From NCBI GenBank assembly GCA_964510175.1, contig CAZEAT010000001.1, positions 1 through 59,780 on the forward strand: DNA of 59,780 nt. Direction: 5' to 3'. The notes beneath the pieces were generated by a model that searched no databases, had not been told where the DNA came from, and was given only the letters and a program-made list of their open reading frames with translations. This DNA comes from an uncultured Holosporaceae bacterium (lineage in GTDB: Bacteria; Pseudomonadota; Alphaproteobacteria; UBA3830). Within the stretch, counting starts at the first letter, position 1. Each line of letters starts with the position of its first letter. A program made the position numbers and the translations under genes. Below, in pieces: positions 1-7,478 of this stretch.

Positions 1-1
1 T

Positions 2-340
2 GAAGTGACGGAGGAGACGGCAGCGACGATAAACCGCACGAAAGAAAAAGGCGGGCGGGTAATCTGTGTGGGTACCACAAGCTGCCGGACCGTGGAGAGC
101 GCGGCGGGGGAGGATGGCAGAGTAAAGGCCGGATGCGGAAATACAGAGATCTTTATCTATCCGGGATATCGTTTTAAAGTGCTGGACTGTCTGATCACGA
201 ACTTTCATCTGCCGGAGTCTACCCTGGTGATGTTAGTTTCCGCACTGGCGGGTAGGGAGCAGGTGATGGCGGCGTATCAGAAAGCGATTGAGGAACGTTA
301 TCGGTTTTGCAGTTTTGGGGATGCAATGTTTATCTATTAA
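2..340 (+). CDS. queA: S-adenosylmethionine:tRNA ribosyltransferase-isomerase (QueA), C-terminal part; 5' end outside window
   Basis: ORF open to window start, stop at 338-340. C-terminal sequence ([40 protein letters not shown]) matches the conserved QueA C-terminus. Confidence 0.85.
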   Translation, partial: EVTEETAATINRTKEKGGRVICVGTTSCRTVESAAGEDGRVKAGCGNTEIFIYPGYRFKVLDCLITNFHLPESTLVMLVSALAGREQVMAAYQKAIEERYRFCSFGDAMFIY

Positions 341-384
341 CACCGTTTTCGTACATTTGTAAACAACAGAATATAGAGGAAATG

Positions 385-416
385 AGCTGGAGTTGCTGAT
401 TCTCCAGCTTTTTTTC
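385..416 (+). terminator. rho-independent terminator after queA
   Basis: AGCTGGAG (385-392) pairs with CTCCAGCT (402-409), followed by a T-run. Confidence 0.75.
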
Positions 417-442
417 ATTCTAAAAGAAAAATCAAATACTGC

Positions 443-472
443 TTGACGTGAGGCATACCCGCACGCTAAAGT
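443..472 (+). promoter_or_regulatory. sigmaA-type promoter P1 upstream of the Rha-like gene
   Basis: TTGACG (443-448), 18 nt, TAAAGT (467-472). Shares the block TTGAC(G/A)-N16-GCTAAAGTA with promoters at 4255, 44033 and 50842. Confidence 0.5.
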
Positions 473-625
473 ATAATCACACAGAGCAAAAAAATAAGAG
501 CAACTGGACGCCCTACCAAAGCAACAGTTACTCTTATACCCTCACCCTACAACGTAGGTGAAAGGATGATGCAATTATATTATCATCCTTTTATCGAATA
601 TTCAAGAGAGAAAGGATGTTTTTCT

Positions 626-1267
626 ATGTCAAAAGCAAAAATTGAAAAAGATATAGCCGTAAACACTATCCAGATTGCGGAAATGCTGAAATGCCAACAC
701 CACAAGATCATGAAGCGGATAGAAGCCTACCTGAAAAGGCACCCTGAACATAAAGAAAACTTTATTCTGACAGATTATGAAGTGGGTACGGGAAGATTTT
801 ACAAAATGTATGCCCTGACGCAAAAGGGGCTCCAGATTTACTTGAAAATGCGATATGAGGATGCAGGAAGAAACAGCCCCCAGACAATGGCAGGATTGCA
901 GCAGCTTGGAAAACTTCTGAAAGAGGAGGAGCCGGTGACGGGTGAGGCTCCCGATCCGGGGAGCAACGTTCTTCCGAAAGCCCAGGGATGCCCCCAGGTT
1001 GCCGGGGTGGATGAACTGTATCAATTATACCGAGATAAGGCAAATACCCGTCCTGATCCCTCTAATGTGAGAGTGGCAGAGGAGGAGTGCGAAAGATGGG
1101 CGAGGAGTGCATCGCTTAATAGCGGCCAGGAATGGAGCCGCATAATGGAATCTGTATATGAATATGGTGATAGCCGGGAACAAAACGGGTATCGGGCAGG
1201 ATTCTATATGGCTTTCCAGATTGTAATGGGATTGCTCACATTCAGCGCTGAAACTATAAAATGTTAA
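626..1267 (+). CDS. Rha/ORF6N-like phage regulatory protein (putative)
   Basis: 213 aa from ATG 626, preceded by the purine-rich GAGAGAAAGGA. N-terminal region (IAVNTIQIAEMLKCQHHKIMKRIEAYL..YKMYALTQKGLQIYL) resembles the Rha-type DNA-binding domain. Confidence 0.45.
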   Translation: MSKAKIEKDIAVNTIQIAEMLKCQHHKIMKRIEAYLKRHPEHKENFILTDYEVGTGRFYKMYALTQKGLQIYLKMRYEDAGRNSPQTMAGLQQLGKLLKEEEPVTGEAPDPGSNVLPKAQGCPQVAGVDELYQLYRDKANTRPDPSNVRVAEEECERWARSASLNSGQEWSRIMESVYEYGDSREQNGYRAGFYMAFQIVMGLLTFSAETIKC

Positions 1268-1301
1268 AAAGGAGCCAGGGAAGAAAACACCCTGGCTTTT
1301 C
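1266..1301. terminator. bidirectional terminator between the convergent Rha-like and integrase genes
   Basis: AGCCAGGG (1273-1280) pairs with CCCTGGCT (1290-1297), flanked by an A-run on the left and a T-run on the right. Confidence 0.7.
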
Positions 1302-3050
1302 TTATGCTTTGTAAATGAATTTATGTGTAAGGCCGTTCCGGAATACGATAGAGGATATGCGCCCGTCAATAACCATCACAGAATCAAGGATTGTTTCCAT
1401 GTAGGTTTGTAATATCTCTGGAGATACCGACTGCGCAAGTTTCTTGAAATAAATATACTGCCGATCAGAAAGCTCTTTGGAAATCAAAAGGTGGCTTGCC
1501 TGTTTTACAAATTCTTCATCGGTCAGAATAGAATCCGTTCCCCTGGAAACCATGCCGAGCATAGAGTTTACCTCCTCCAGATTTTTTGATATTTCATTCT
1601 TTTTGATGATAAAATCCTTTTCTGACATGGAAGAATCAGAGTAAAGGAAAAGGTTCTGGAGGCGTTTCAATGCTCTTTCGTGCTTTTCCTTTTCCCTCCG
1701 GAGCTTTTCAATTTCAGGATCAACAGCGGCTTTCTTTTTTCGTGGCTTCCGGATTGCAAAGGCATAGGAATCATCGGAGCCATACCTGGAGAGGAGATTG
1801 TAAAATTCATTCAGGCCGCTTTGCTCCACATGTTCCACATCCGCAAAGGTTGATCCAAATAGCAGTCTTTTCTCTAGGGCTTCCGGATTCCGTATCTTTG
1901 AGAATCCTGATTTTGCATTGAGCATATTTAGGATGTAGTTCATGACAAATTCACCGATTATCAGGTCATTTACAGATGGATTATCACAATCATTTGTCTT
2001 TCTTTTCTTCGGGCAACTATACGTGGAGGTCCTATACCCGTCAGCATGGAGCCTCCCAGGAGTAGATACCAGCTTGCTTCCGCATTTTCCGCAATAGGCA
2101 ATTCCGGAAAATATATGGATTTTTTCGGTAAGATGCTGCCGACCTGAGTAATTGAAAAAACTCCGGGAATTATTTTTCAGTAATTGCGCCATAGCCTCAT
2201 GATCCTCCAGAGTGAATATTGCCGGGTGGTGATCCGGGACAAGTACCCATTCTTCTGCAGGATTTTCTACACGGTGATCCGTCCCTTTATAGCGGTTGTA
2301 TCTGTATATACCTGCATAAAAAGGACTAGAGGCTATGATCCATACCGCAGTAGGCGACCATTCAGCATCCGCACGAGTTCTATATCCGGATTCGTTCAGG
2401 AACCTTGCAGTATGGGTGAGCGATTTGTTTTCCAGATAATCTTTTTTGAGGAGCTGGCATACTTTTTCTTCGTCCTCCCTGATAGAAAACTCCCTGGCTT
2501 CCGGATCATAGTCGTATCCGTAAGGAATCCGGCCACCGTTCCACTGACCGTTATTTGCCCTGGAGATCATGGCAGCGGTGACACGTTCAGAGGTCATATT
2601 CCGCTCCAGTTCTGCAAACACCAGGATAATTTTAAGCATGGCTTCACCTATGGCGGTGGAAGTGTCAAATTGCTCATTCTTACTGACAAAGGTAACACGC
2701 AACTCCTGAAGTTCCTCGTACATTTCTGCAAAGTCCAGCAGGTTCCGGGATATGCGGTCAATTTTCCATACCAGGATGTGGGAAAATTCCCCTTTTCTGG
2801 TCCTCTGCATCATTTCTTGAAATGCCGGACGGTCAGTGTTTTTTCCGGAGTACCCGGCATCCTCGAATATTTCATAGTCTGCTATTCCCAGAACCAACTC
2901 CGAATATGCGGCCAGGTCTTTTCGCTGCATCGGCAGAGAATCCCGGTCAATCTGATATGTGGTTGATACCCGGATATAGATTGCTACTTTTTTTGGTCTG
3001 GAAAGTTTCTGAATGGCTTTTCCTGGCCTTTTTCTTCTTGCACTACTCAT
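1302..3050 (-). CDS. large serine recombinase (phage integrase)
   Basis: N-terminal resolvase-type catalytic domain (VAIYIRVSTTYQ..DSLPMQ), recombinase domain, Zn-ribbon (CGKCGSKL..YSCPKK) and C-terminal coiled coil. ATG 3050 preferred over TTG 3065 because of the GGAGGG SD. Confidence 0.9.
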   Translation of the reverse strand: MSSARRKRPGKAIQKLSRPKKVAIYIRVSTTYQIDRDSLPMQRKDLAAYSELVLGIADYEIFEDAGYSGKNTDRPAFQEMMQRTRKGEFSHILVWKIDRISRNLLDFAEMYEELQELRVTFVSKNEQFDTSTAIGEAMLKIILVFAELERNMTSERVTAAMISRANNGQWNGGRIPYGYDYDPEAREFSIREDEEKVCQLLKKDYLENKSLTHTARFLNESGYRTRADAEWSPTAVWIIASSPFYAGIYRYNRYKGTDHRVENPAEEWVLVPDHHPAIFTLEDHEAMAQLLKNNSRSFFNYSGRQHLTEKIHIFSGIAYCGKCGSKLVSTPGRLHADGYRTSTYSCPKKRKTNDCDNPSVNDLIIGEFVMNYILNMLNAKSGFSKIRNPEALEKRLLFGSTFADVEHVEQSGLNEFYNLLSRYGSDDSYAFAIRKPRKKKAAVDPEIEKLRREKEKHERALKRLQNLFLYSDSSMSEKDFIIKKNEISKNLEEVNSMLGMVSRGTDSILTDEEFVKQASHLLISKELSDRQYIYFKKLAQSVSPEILQTYMETILDSVMVIDGRISSIVFRNGLTHKFIYKA

Positions 3051-3062
3051 TCTATCCCTCCA

Positions 3063-3088
3063 CAAAGAAAAAGCCCCTCCTGGGGCTA
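3063..3088 (-). terminator. rho-independent terminator between the nuclease-like gene and int
   Basis: On the minus strand: AGCCCC-agga-GGGGCT followed by TTTTTCTTT. The stem overlaps the stop codon of ORF 3086-3823. Confidence 0.6.
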
Positions 3089-3823
3089 TATTCTATCTAT
3101 TTGGCTTGCATATTTGTTCAGGGCAGCCCACACCACATTTTTATCATCTGGACTTGCTACCTGATAACAGGCAATAAGACGCTGTAATTCGATTTTTTCT
3201 GCTTCCCTGTCAGCAGGAGCCGCCTTTTCGGTATTTGGATCATATGACATATCAATTCCTCCTTTTATGATTAAGTCTATATATGCACGAATTTCAGAGT
3301 ATTTTTTCGGGGGGGGGGTAAAACGCCTTATGGCAGAGAGGGACAAAGTTTTCTGATTCCCAAAAGCCTTATTGATAGTTTCAGTCGGAATGATGTAAAA
3401 TTCCCATTTTGCCAGATTGGAAATATCCATGTCCGAAATAAGGGTAAAAATATAAATATCAGAGTTCCGTTTCCTGGAAGTCCAGTCCCCACCGATAACG
3501 TGATTGTGTTTCGGCTCTATGCTATATGTAATTCTCCGGTTTTCTGTGTACTCATGATGAAAACCGTGCCGGTTTTTGCAAGTGAAACGAGAAGCTGATT
3601 TTATTTCAATGCGCTTTCCCTTATATTCCAAATCGTAAGAATCCCAGATGTTCCGCTCATGCTTAATTCCAAGAGCTTTCATGATTATAAATTCTGCCAT
3701 TCCTCCACGGATGGAGCCATCAAGCGTATAAGATGCATACCATTCCCAAAAATCAATAGAACCAAAACCGGCAGGAGTTCCGGAAATATGAAATTGTGTG
3801 GTGCGGTCAAAATCATACATCAC
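3086..3823 (-). CDS. PD-(D/E)XK (restriction-endonuclease-fold)-like protein; C-terminal 54 aa may be a separate mini-gene
   Basis: Motif order E (GGMAEFIIMKALG), D (WDSYDLEY), ExK (RIEIKSAS). Co-oriented with and downstream of the CI-like repressor. Contains a C10 tract and an internal SD+ATG at 3250. Confidence 0.55.
   Translation of the reverse strand: MMYDFDRTTQFHISGTPAGFGSIDFWEWYASYTLDGSIRGGMAEFIIMKALGIKHERNIWDSYDLEYKGKRIEIKSASRFTCKNRHGFHHEYTENRRITYSIEPKHNHVIGGDWTSRKRNSDIYIFTLISDMDISNLAKWEFYIIPTETINKAFGNQKTLSLSAIRRFTPPPKKYSEIRAYIDLIIKGGIDMSYDPNTEKAAPADREAEKIELQRLIACYQVASPDDKNVVWAALNKYASQIDRI
3309..3318. repeat. G10/C10 homopolymer inside ORF 3086-3823
   Basis: Ten consecutive G on the plus strand, counted directly; they encode TPPP on the minus strand. 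Confidence 0.95.
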
Positions 3824-3872
3824 TTATTCCCTCTTTTCTGGTCGATTTTCCACAAAAAATATTCCGGGGAAA

Positions 3873-4214
3873 TTATGCTTTTTTCTGATCTGCAAATTTT
3901 TCTGGTACTACTATATGGGTACGCAGAAAATCTTTGCACATTTCCTGTTTGTCCTCTGGGATAAGGGCAATAATATTTAGCCACTCACGATCTGATTCAG
4001 ACAACGCACTATCGTGCGGCGGTTTTTCCAAAGTTATTAAATAGTCAAGAGATACTCCGAGTTTACGGGCAATGGCAAGAGCCATTTCTATATTCGGGAC
4101 GGAACCGCTTTTCCATTTACTCACGTTCCCTGTGCTATATCCAAGCTCTTTGAGAATGACGGTGGGAGAGGTCCCTTTATCCCGGCAAATCTTGTAGATA
4201 TTATCGTAAAACAT
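3873..4214 (-). CDS. CI-like XRE-family HTH repressor
   Basis: 113 aa from ATG 4214 with SD GAGGAGG. HTH segment (TSPTVILKELGYSTGNVSKWKSG..IEMALAIARKLGVSLDYL). Divergent from the cro-like gene. Confidence 0.8.
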   Translation of the reverse strand: MFYDNIYKICRDKGTSPTVILKELGYSTGNVSKWKSGSVPNIEMALAIARKLGVSLDYLITLEKPPHDSALSESDREWLNIIALIPEDKQEMCKDFLRTHIVVPEKFADQKKA

Positions 4215-4254
4215 AAAAACCTCCTCTTTTAGCGCACCAAAATAAAAATAATGC

Positions 4255-4284
4255 TTGACAGAACGCACCAAAGTACGCTAAAGT
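4255..4284 (+). promoter_or_regulatory. early rightward promoter P2 (cro-like gene)
   Basis: TTGACA (4255-4260), 18 nt, TAAAGT (4279-4284). Contains the GCTAAAGTA core. Confidence 0.55.
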
Positions 4285-4370
4285 AACAAATGTAAAATGA
4301 AATTGAGAACGAAAAACACACTAAAAAACATAATCTATTTCATTTTAGACCAAAACCGTACAAATGTAAA
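4283..4370 (+). promoter_or_regulatory. operator-like repeats in the immunity intergenic region
   Basis: GTAACAAATGTAAA (4283-4296) and GTACAAATGTAAA (4358-4370) are direct repeats. AAAATGAAAT (4294-4303) and ATTTCATTTT (4337-4346) form an inverted repeat. Confidence 0.45.
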
Positions 4371-4388
4371 GAAAAGGAGGGTGTCTGG

Positions 4389-4598
4389 ATGGCAAAAAAG
4401 TTGTCGCCCTGGTGCAAATTAGCGAAAATTACGCTGATTAAAAGGGATTTGGATATAAACGATCTTGCTAGTAATCTGCAAATGTCAAGACCGTATGTAT
4501 CTTCTATCCTGAATGGACGGGTGTACAGCCCAGTTGCCGTAAAAAAAATCAGTGATTTTCTGCAAATACCGGATGCAGAGAGTGAATTGGAAGTCTAA
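4389..4598 (+). CDS. Cro-like small HTH protein
   Basis: 69 aa, SD AAGGAGG. Shows HTH-like residues (INDLASNLQMSRPYVSSILNG). First gene divergent from the repressor. Confidence 0.65.
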   Translation: MAKKLSPWCKLAKITLIKRDLDINDLASNLQMSRPYVSSILNGRVYSPVAVKKISDFLQIPDAESELEV

Positions 4599-4630
4599 GG
4601 ATATTATACGGTAACGGAGGGTTGAAGAAA

Positions 4631-5143
4631 ATGGAGAGTAACTGTACGAAATGCAACGAAAACATATACTTTGCCTGCAGAAAAGCGGCGGCATCATACA
4701 ATGACAAATTGAGCAGCCGGGAAAGCGCAGCGGAGCTTCTGGGAATATCTCCATCAACTCTTGCAAATCACGAGTTGGGGATCACCAAAAATGTTCCCGT
4801 TGACACGGTTGTAATGATGGCTGACCTTTACCATGCCCCACAACTGAAAAATCTGTACTGCAAAAATGAGTGTCCCATCGGAAAAGGGCTTCCGGTCGCT
4901 ACGGAGTTTAATAGCCTGGAGGGGATCACCGTAAGGCTCCTGAACAATCTGGATGATGAAGAAATCCGGAATATGAAAAAGAGGCTTTTAAGTATTGCGG
5001 AAGATGGAAAGGTTGATGAACGGGAAAAGGAAGAATTTGCAGTAATCATGAAAAATCTGGACGCTCTCGCTGAAACAATATCCGAATTGCGGATGCTGGC
5101 AGAAAAGTATTCAGAAAGGAGCGGAGGAAATGGAGCTGATTGA
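4631..5143 (+). CDS. XRE-family HTH protein
   Basis: HTH (SSRESAAELLGISPSTLANHELG). ATG 4631 lies 9 nt after GGAGGG; an alternative TTG start is at 4622. Confidence 0.65.
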   Translation: MESNCTKCNENIYFACRKAAASYNDKLSSRESAAELLGISPSTLANHELGITKNVPVDTVVMMADLYHAPQLKNLYCKNECPIGKGLPVATEFNSLEGITVRLLNNLDDEEIRNMKKRLLSIAEDGKVDEREKEEFAVIMKNLDALAETISELRMLAEKYSERSGGNGAD

Positions 5144-5288
5144 CAGGTTGAGGGAGGCTATGGAAAGGGAGTTTGGAATCAAAACGGATGCTGATCTCAT
5201 TGAGGCGGTTGAAAATCATCCGGGAATTGACCTGGGGATATTCGTAACGCCGCTCCAGGAGGAGGCAGTATGCGTAAATGCCATTTAA
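5130..5288 (+). CDS. hypothetical small protein (52 aa)
   Basis: ATG after GGAGGAAA; not in the ORF track because it is under 60 aa; overlaps its neighbours as is typical of this operon. Confidence 0.35.
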   Translation: MELIDRLREAMEREFGIKTDADLIEAVENHPGIDLGIFVTPLQEEAVCVNAI

Positions 5289-6034
5289 AAATAGCCGTTG
5301 TGGTGGCGTCGGCGGTTGTGCTGATGATCCAGGTAAAAGGGGTGATGAATACAGAGATAGAGGCTTTGGAACTATCTAAACCGGAAACGTTAAGAGTGAA
5401 AGAAACAGCATTTCTCCAGGAAGAACCGGAGGAACCAGAGGAACCGGAGGAAACGATCCAGAAATTGACGCCGGAGAGTGAGGGCTTAATCTGGTGCATG
5501 GATTCAGGAAGCGAGGAGGAGCCATTTTCAAGGATGAAAATATCTGCATCCTGGAATCTGGAGGGATTTGTCCCCGTAAGCATTCCGGAGAATTACGCAA
5601 GAAACGGAGGAGAATTTCCGGTAATCGTTCAAATGTATACATACAGCCTATGCAAAGAAAAAGGCATATCCTATCCGTTGATTGTTTCGATGATCGAGTA
5701 CGAGAGTGGGTATAGGTGGTACATCCTGGGAGATTCGGAACGGAGTTACGGCTATATGCAGATACAGCCCCGATATTATCAGGATGTAGCAGACCAGACA
5801 GGGGACGGTGATCTCCTGAACCCCTACACAAACATAGCAACGGGAATAACCATTCTGGAGGAACTTTTCTGGAAATACGGCGAGGTTTCGGATGTTCTTA
5901 TGGTTTACAACTGTGGAGCTGGTTTAGCTTCCGAATTTTGGGATAGCGGAATCTACGAAACAGAGTACACAAAGGAAATTCTGGAGAGAGCTGCCGAGAT
6001 TGAGGAGGTAATCTATGAAAACGTGGGTGATTAA
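5270..6034 (+). CDS. membrane-anchored lytic transglycosylase (SLT-domain) protein
   Basis: N-terminal hydrophobic anchor; SLT-like catalytic region (MIEYESGY..SYGYMQIQP..NPYTNIATGITIL). Confidence 0.65.
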   Translation: MRKCHLKIAVVVASAVVLMIQVKGVMNTEIEALELSKPETLRVKETAFLQEEPEEPEEPEETIQKLTPESEGLIWCMDSGSEEEPFSRMKISASWNLEGFVPVSIPENYARNGGEFPVIVQMYTYSLCKEKGISYPLIVSMIEYESGYRWYILGDSERSYGYMQIQPRYYQDVADQTGDGDLLNPYTNIATGITILEELFWKYGEVSDVLMVYNCGAGLASEFWDSGIYETEYTKEILERAAEIEEVIYENVGD

Positions 6035-6206
6035 AAACTGGATATTGGTTTCTTCTGGATTGCTCCTGACCGCAAGATTCGTAAATGTAGCTTATGAGGA
6101 AAGAGGATATGTCGCTTGTGGCGGCGAATGGCTGACTCTCCCGATCATGATAATGATAAAATTGCTGATTCATGATTTTGCAAAGGAGATTAGACAATGG
6201 CTTTAA
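6015..6206 (+). CDS. small membrane protein, hypothetical
   Basis: SD GAGGAGG; two hydrophobic segments. Confidence 0.45.
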   Translation: MKTWVIKNWILVSSGLLLTARFVNVAYEERGYVACGGEWLTLPIMIMIKLLIHDFAKEIRQWL

Positions 6207-6424
6207 AGTATCAGGGAATCCGGGAACGGATGGAGGCAGACGGTTACAAGGTGGGTGATGATGAATTTCCAAAAATCGTATCATACGCCAAGAGGAAAGC
6301 CGAGACTGCCGGGAAAGATGAAACATATCTTCCGTTGCTTCTGCCAGATGTGATCCGGGAATGGGTGATAAGGCAGACTGTGAACCGGTACAGTTTTGCA
6401 ATGATGGAGATTTTGAGAGATTGA
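6197..6424 (+). CDS. hypothetical protein
   Basis: SD AAGGAG; in-operon ORF of 75 aa. Confidence 0.45.
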   Translation: MALKYQGIRERMEADGYKVGDDEFPKIVSYAKRKAETAGKDETYLPLLLPDVIREWVIRQTVNRYSFAMMEILRD

Positions 6425-6446
6425 AAAGCAGGAGGTAAAAAGGTAA

Positions 6447-7463
6447 ATGGCAAATGCACAGCAGCAACAGCAAAGACAGCAGCAAGGGCAACAACAGCAG
6501 CAAGGAAAACAGGTAACAACGGCTGAATACCTGCAGAACATCCAGAGCGCACTTATGAAACAGATTGCGGAGAAAATAGGGGCAATGCCGGAGGGATTCA
6601 ACAAAGACCGGTTCGTCCTCAACTGTATTACACTGATCCGGGATATGCTGAAAGACAAAAAGAAGCGTGAAAACCTGAACGGAATTTCAGCAGATTCTAT
6701 TGCACTCTGCATGATAAAGGGGGCTTTCCTGGGACTGGACTTTTTAAGCGGAGAATGTTATGCGATCCCGTATGGCGGTGAAATGAATTTCCAGACCGAC
6801 TACAAAGGAGAGATAAAGGTTTGCAAGAAGCACAGCATCCAGCCCATTAAGGACATTTTTGCAAAGGTTGTCCGGGAGGGTGATATGTATGACGAGGGAG
6901 TCGATGATGGAAAGCAGAACCTTACATTCAAGCCAATTCCGTTCAATAACGGGAAAATGATTGGAGCTTTTGCTATCGTCACTTTTAAAGACGGCTCCAT
7001 GCTTTATGAGAGCATGAGTGCGGAGGAAATAGAGGGAGTGCGTAAGAACTACTCAAAGGCGAAAGATAGTGATGCCTGGAAGAACTCCTCCGGAGAAATG
7101 TACCGGAAAACGGTTATTCGTAGGTTGAGTAAATATATCGAAAAGGATTTTGATAAGGTTGAACAACTGATGGCCTATGACGAGGGAGGCGGCGTAGAGT
7201 TCCAGAATGGGCTTCTTTCAACAAGCAGACAGCAGACGGCGGCACTTCCGGATCACGGGGAGCCGGTGAACGTATTTAACCAGATCAAACAGGCACAGCA
7301 GAACCGGAGAGAGCCGGAGCCGGTAAATCAGGGGAGAGATACGCAGTATGATGAAGAATTTGCACAGTTCGAGCAGCAGAACTATGGAAATGGCGGTTAT
7401 GACGGTTACAATCCGGATTTTGATATTCCGGATGAAATAGACGGCGAATTGCCGTTCAGATAA
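6447..7463 (+). CDS. recT: RecT-family single-strand annealing recombinase with poly-Q N-terminus
   Basis: RecT core (CYAIPYGGEMNFQTDYKGEIKV..). Followed by a DUF1351-like gene and an exonuclease gene, as in RecT modules. Confidence 0.8.
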   Translation: MANAQQQQQRQQQGQQQQQGKQVTTAEYLQNIQSALMKQIAEKIGAMPEGFNKDRFVLNCITLIRDMLKDKKKRENLNGISADSIALCMIKGAFLGLDFLSGECYAIPYGGEMNFQTDYKGEIKVCKKHSIQPIKDIFAKVVREGDMYDEGVDDGKQNLTFKPIPFNNGKMIGAFAIVTFKDGSMLYESMSAEEIEGVRKNYSKAKDSDAWKNSSGEMYRKTVIRRLSKYIEKDFDKVEQLMAYDEGGGVEFQNGLLSTSRQQTAALPDHGEPVNVFNQIKQAQQNRREPEPVNQGRDTQYDEEFAQFEQQNYGNGGYDGYNPDFDIPDEIDGELPFR

Positions 7464-7478
7464 GAGGAGGATAACGGG

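Noticed and set aside
480-565. Possible tRNA/attB-type integration target or small RNA in the hairpin-rich stretch upstream of the Rha-like gene
   Set aside because: I could not fold a cloverleaf with an acceptor stem and T-loop (GTTCxAxxC). The hairpins lie downstream of promoter P1 and fit a simple mRNA leader.
6281-6712. 143-aa minus-strand ORF with CCCCCPCCCLCCCCC runs
   Set aside because: It is the antisense reading of the CAG/CAA (poly-Q) repeats at the 5' end of recT. It has no SD and overlaps a well-supported gene.
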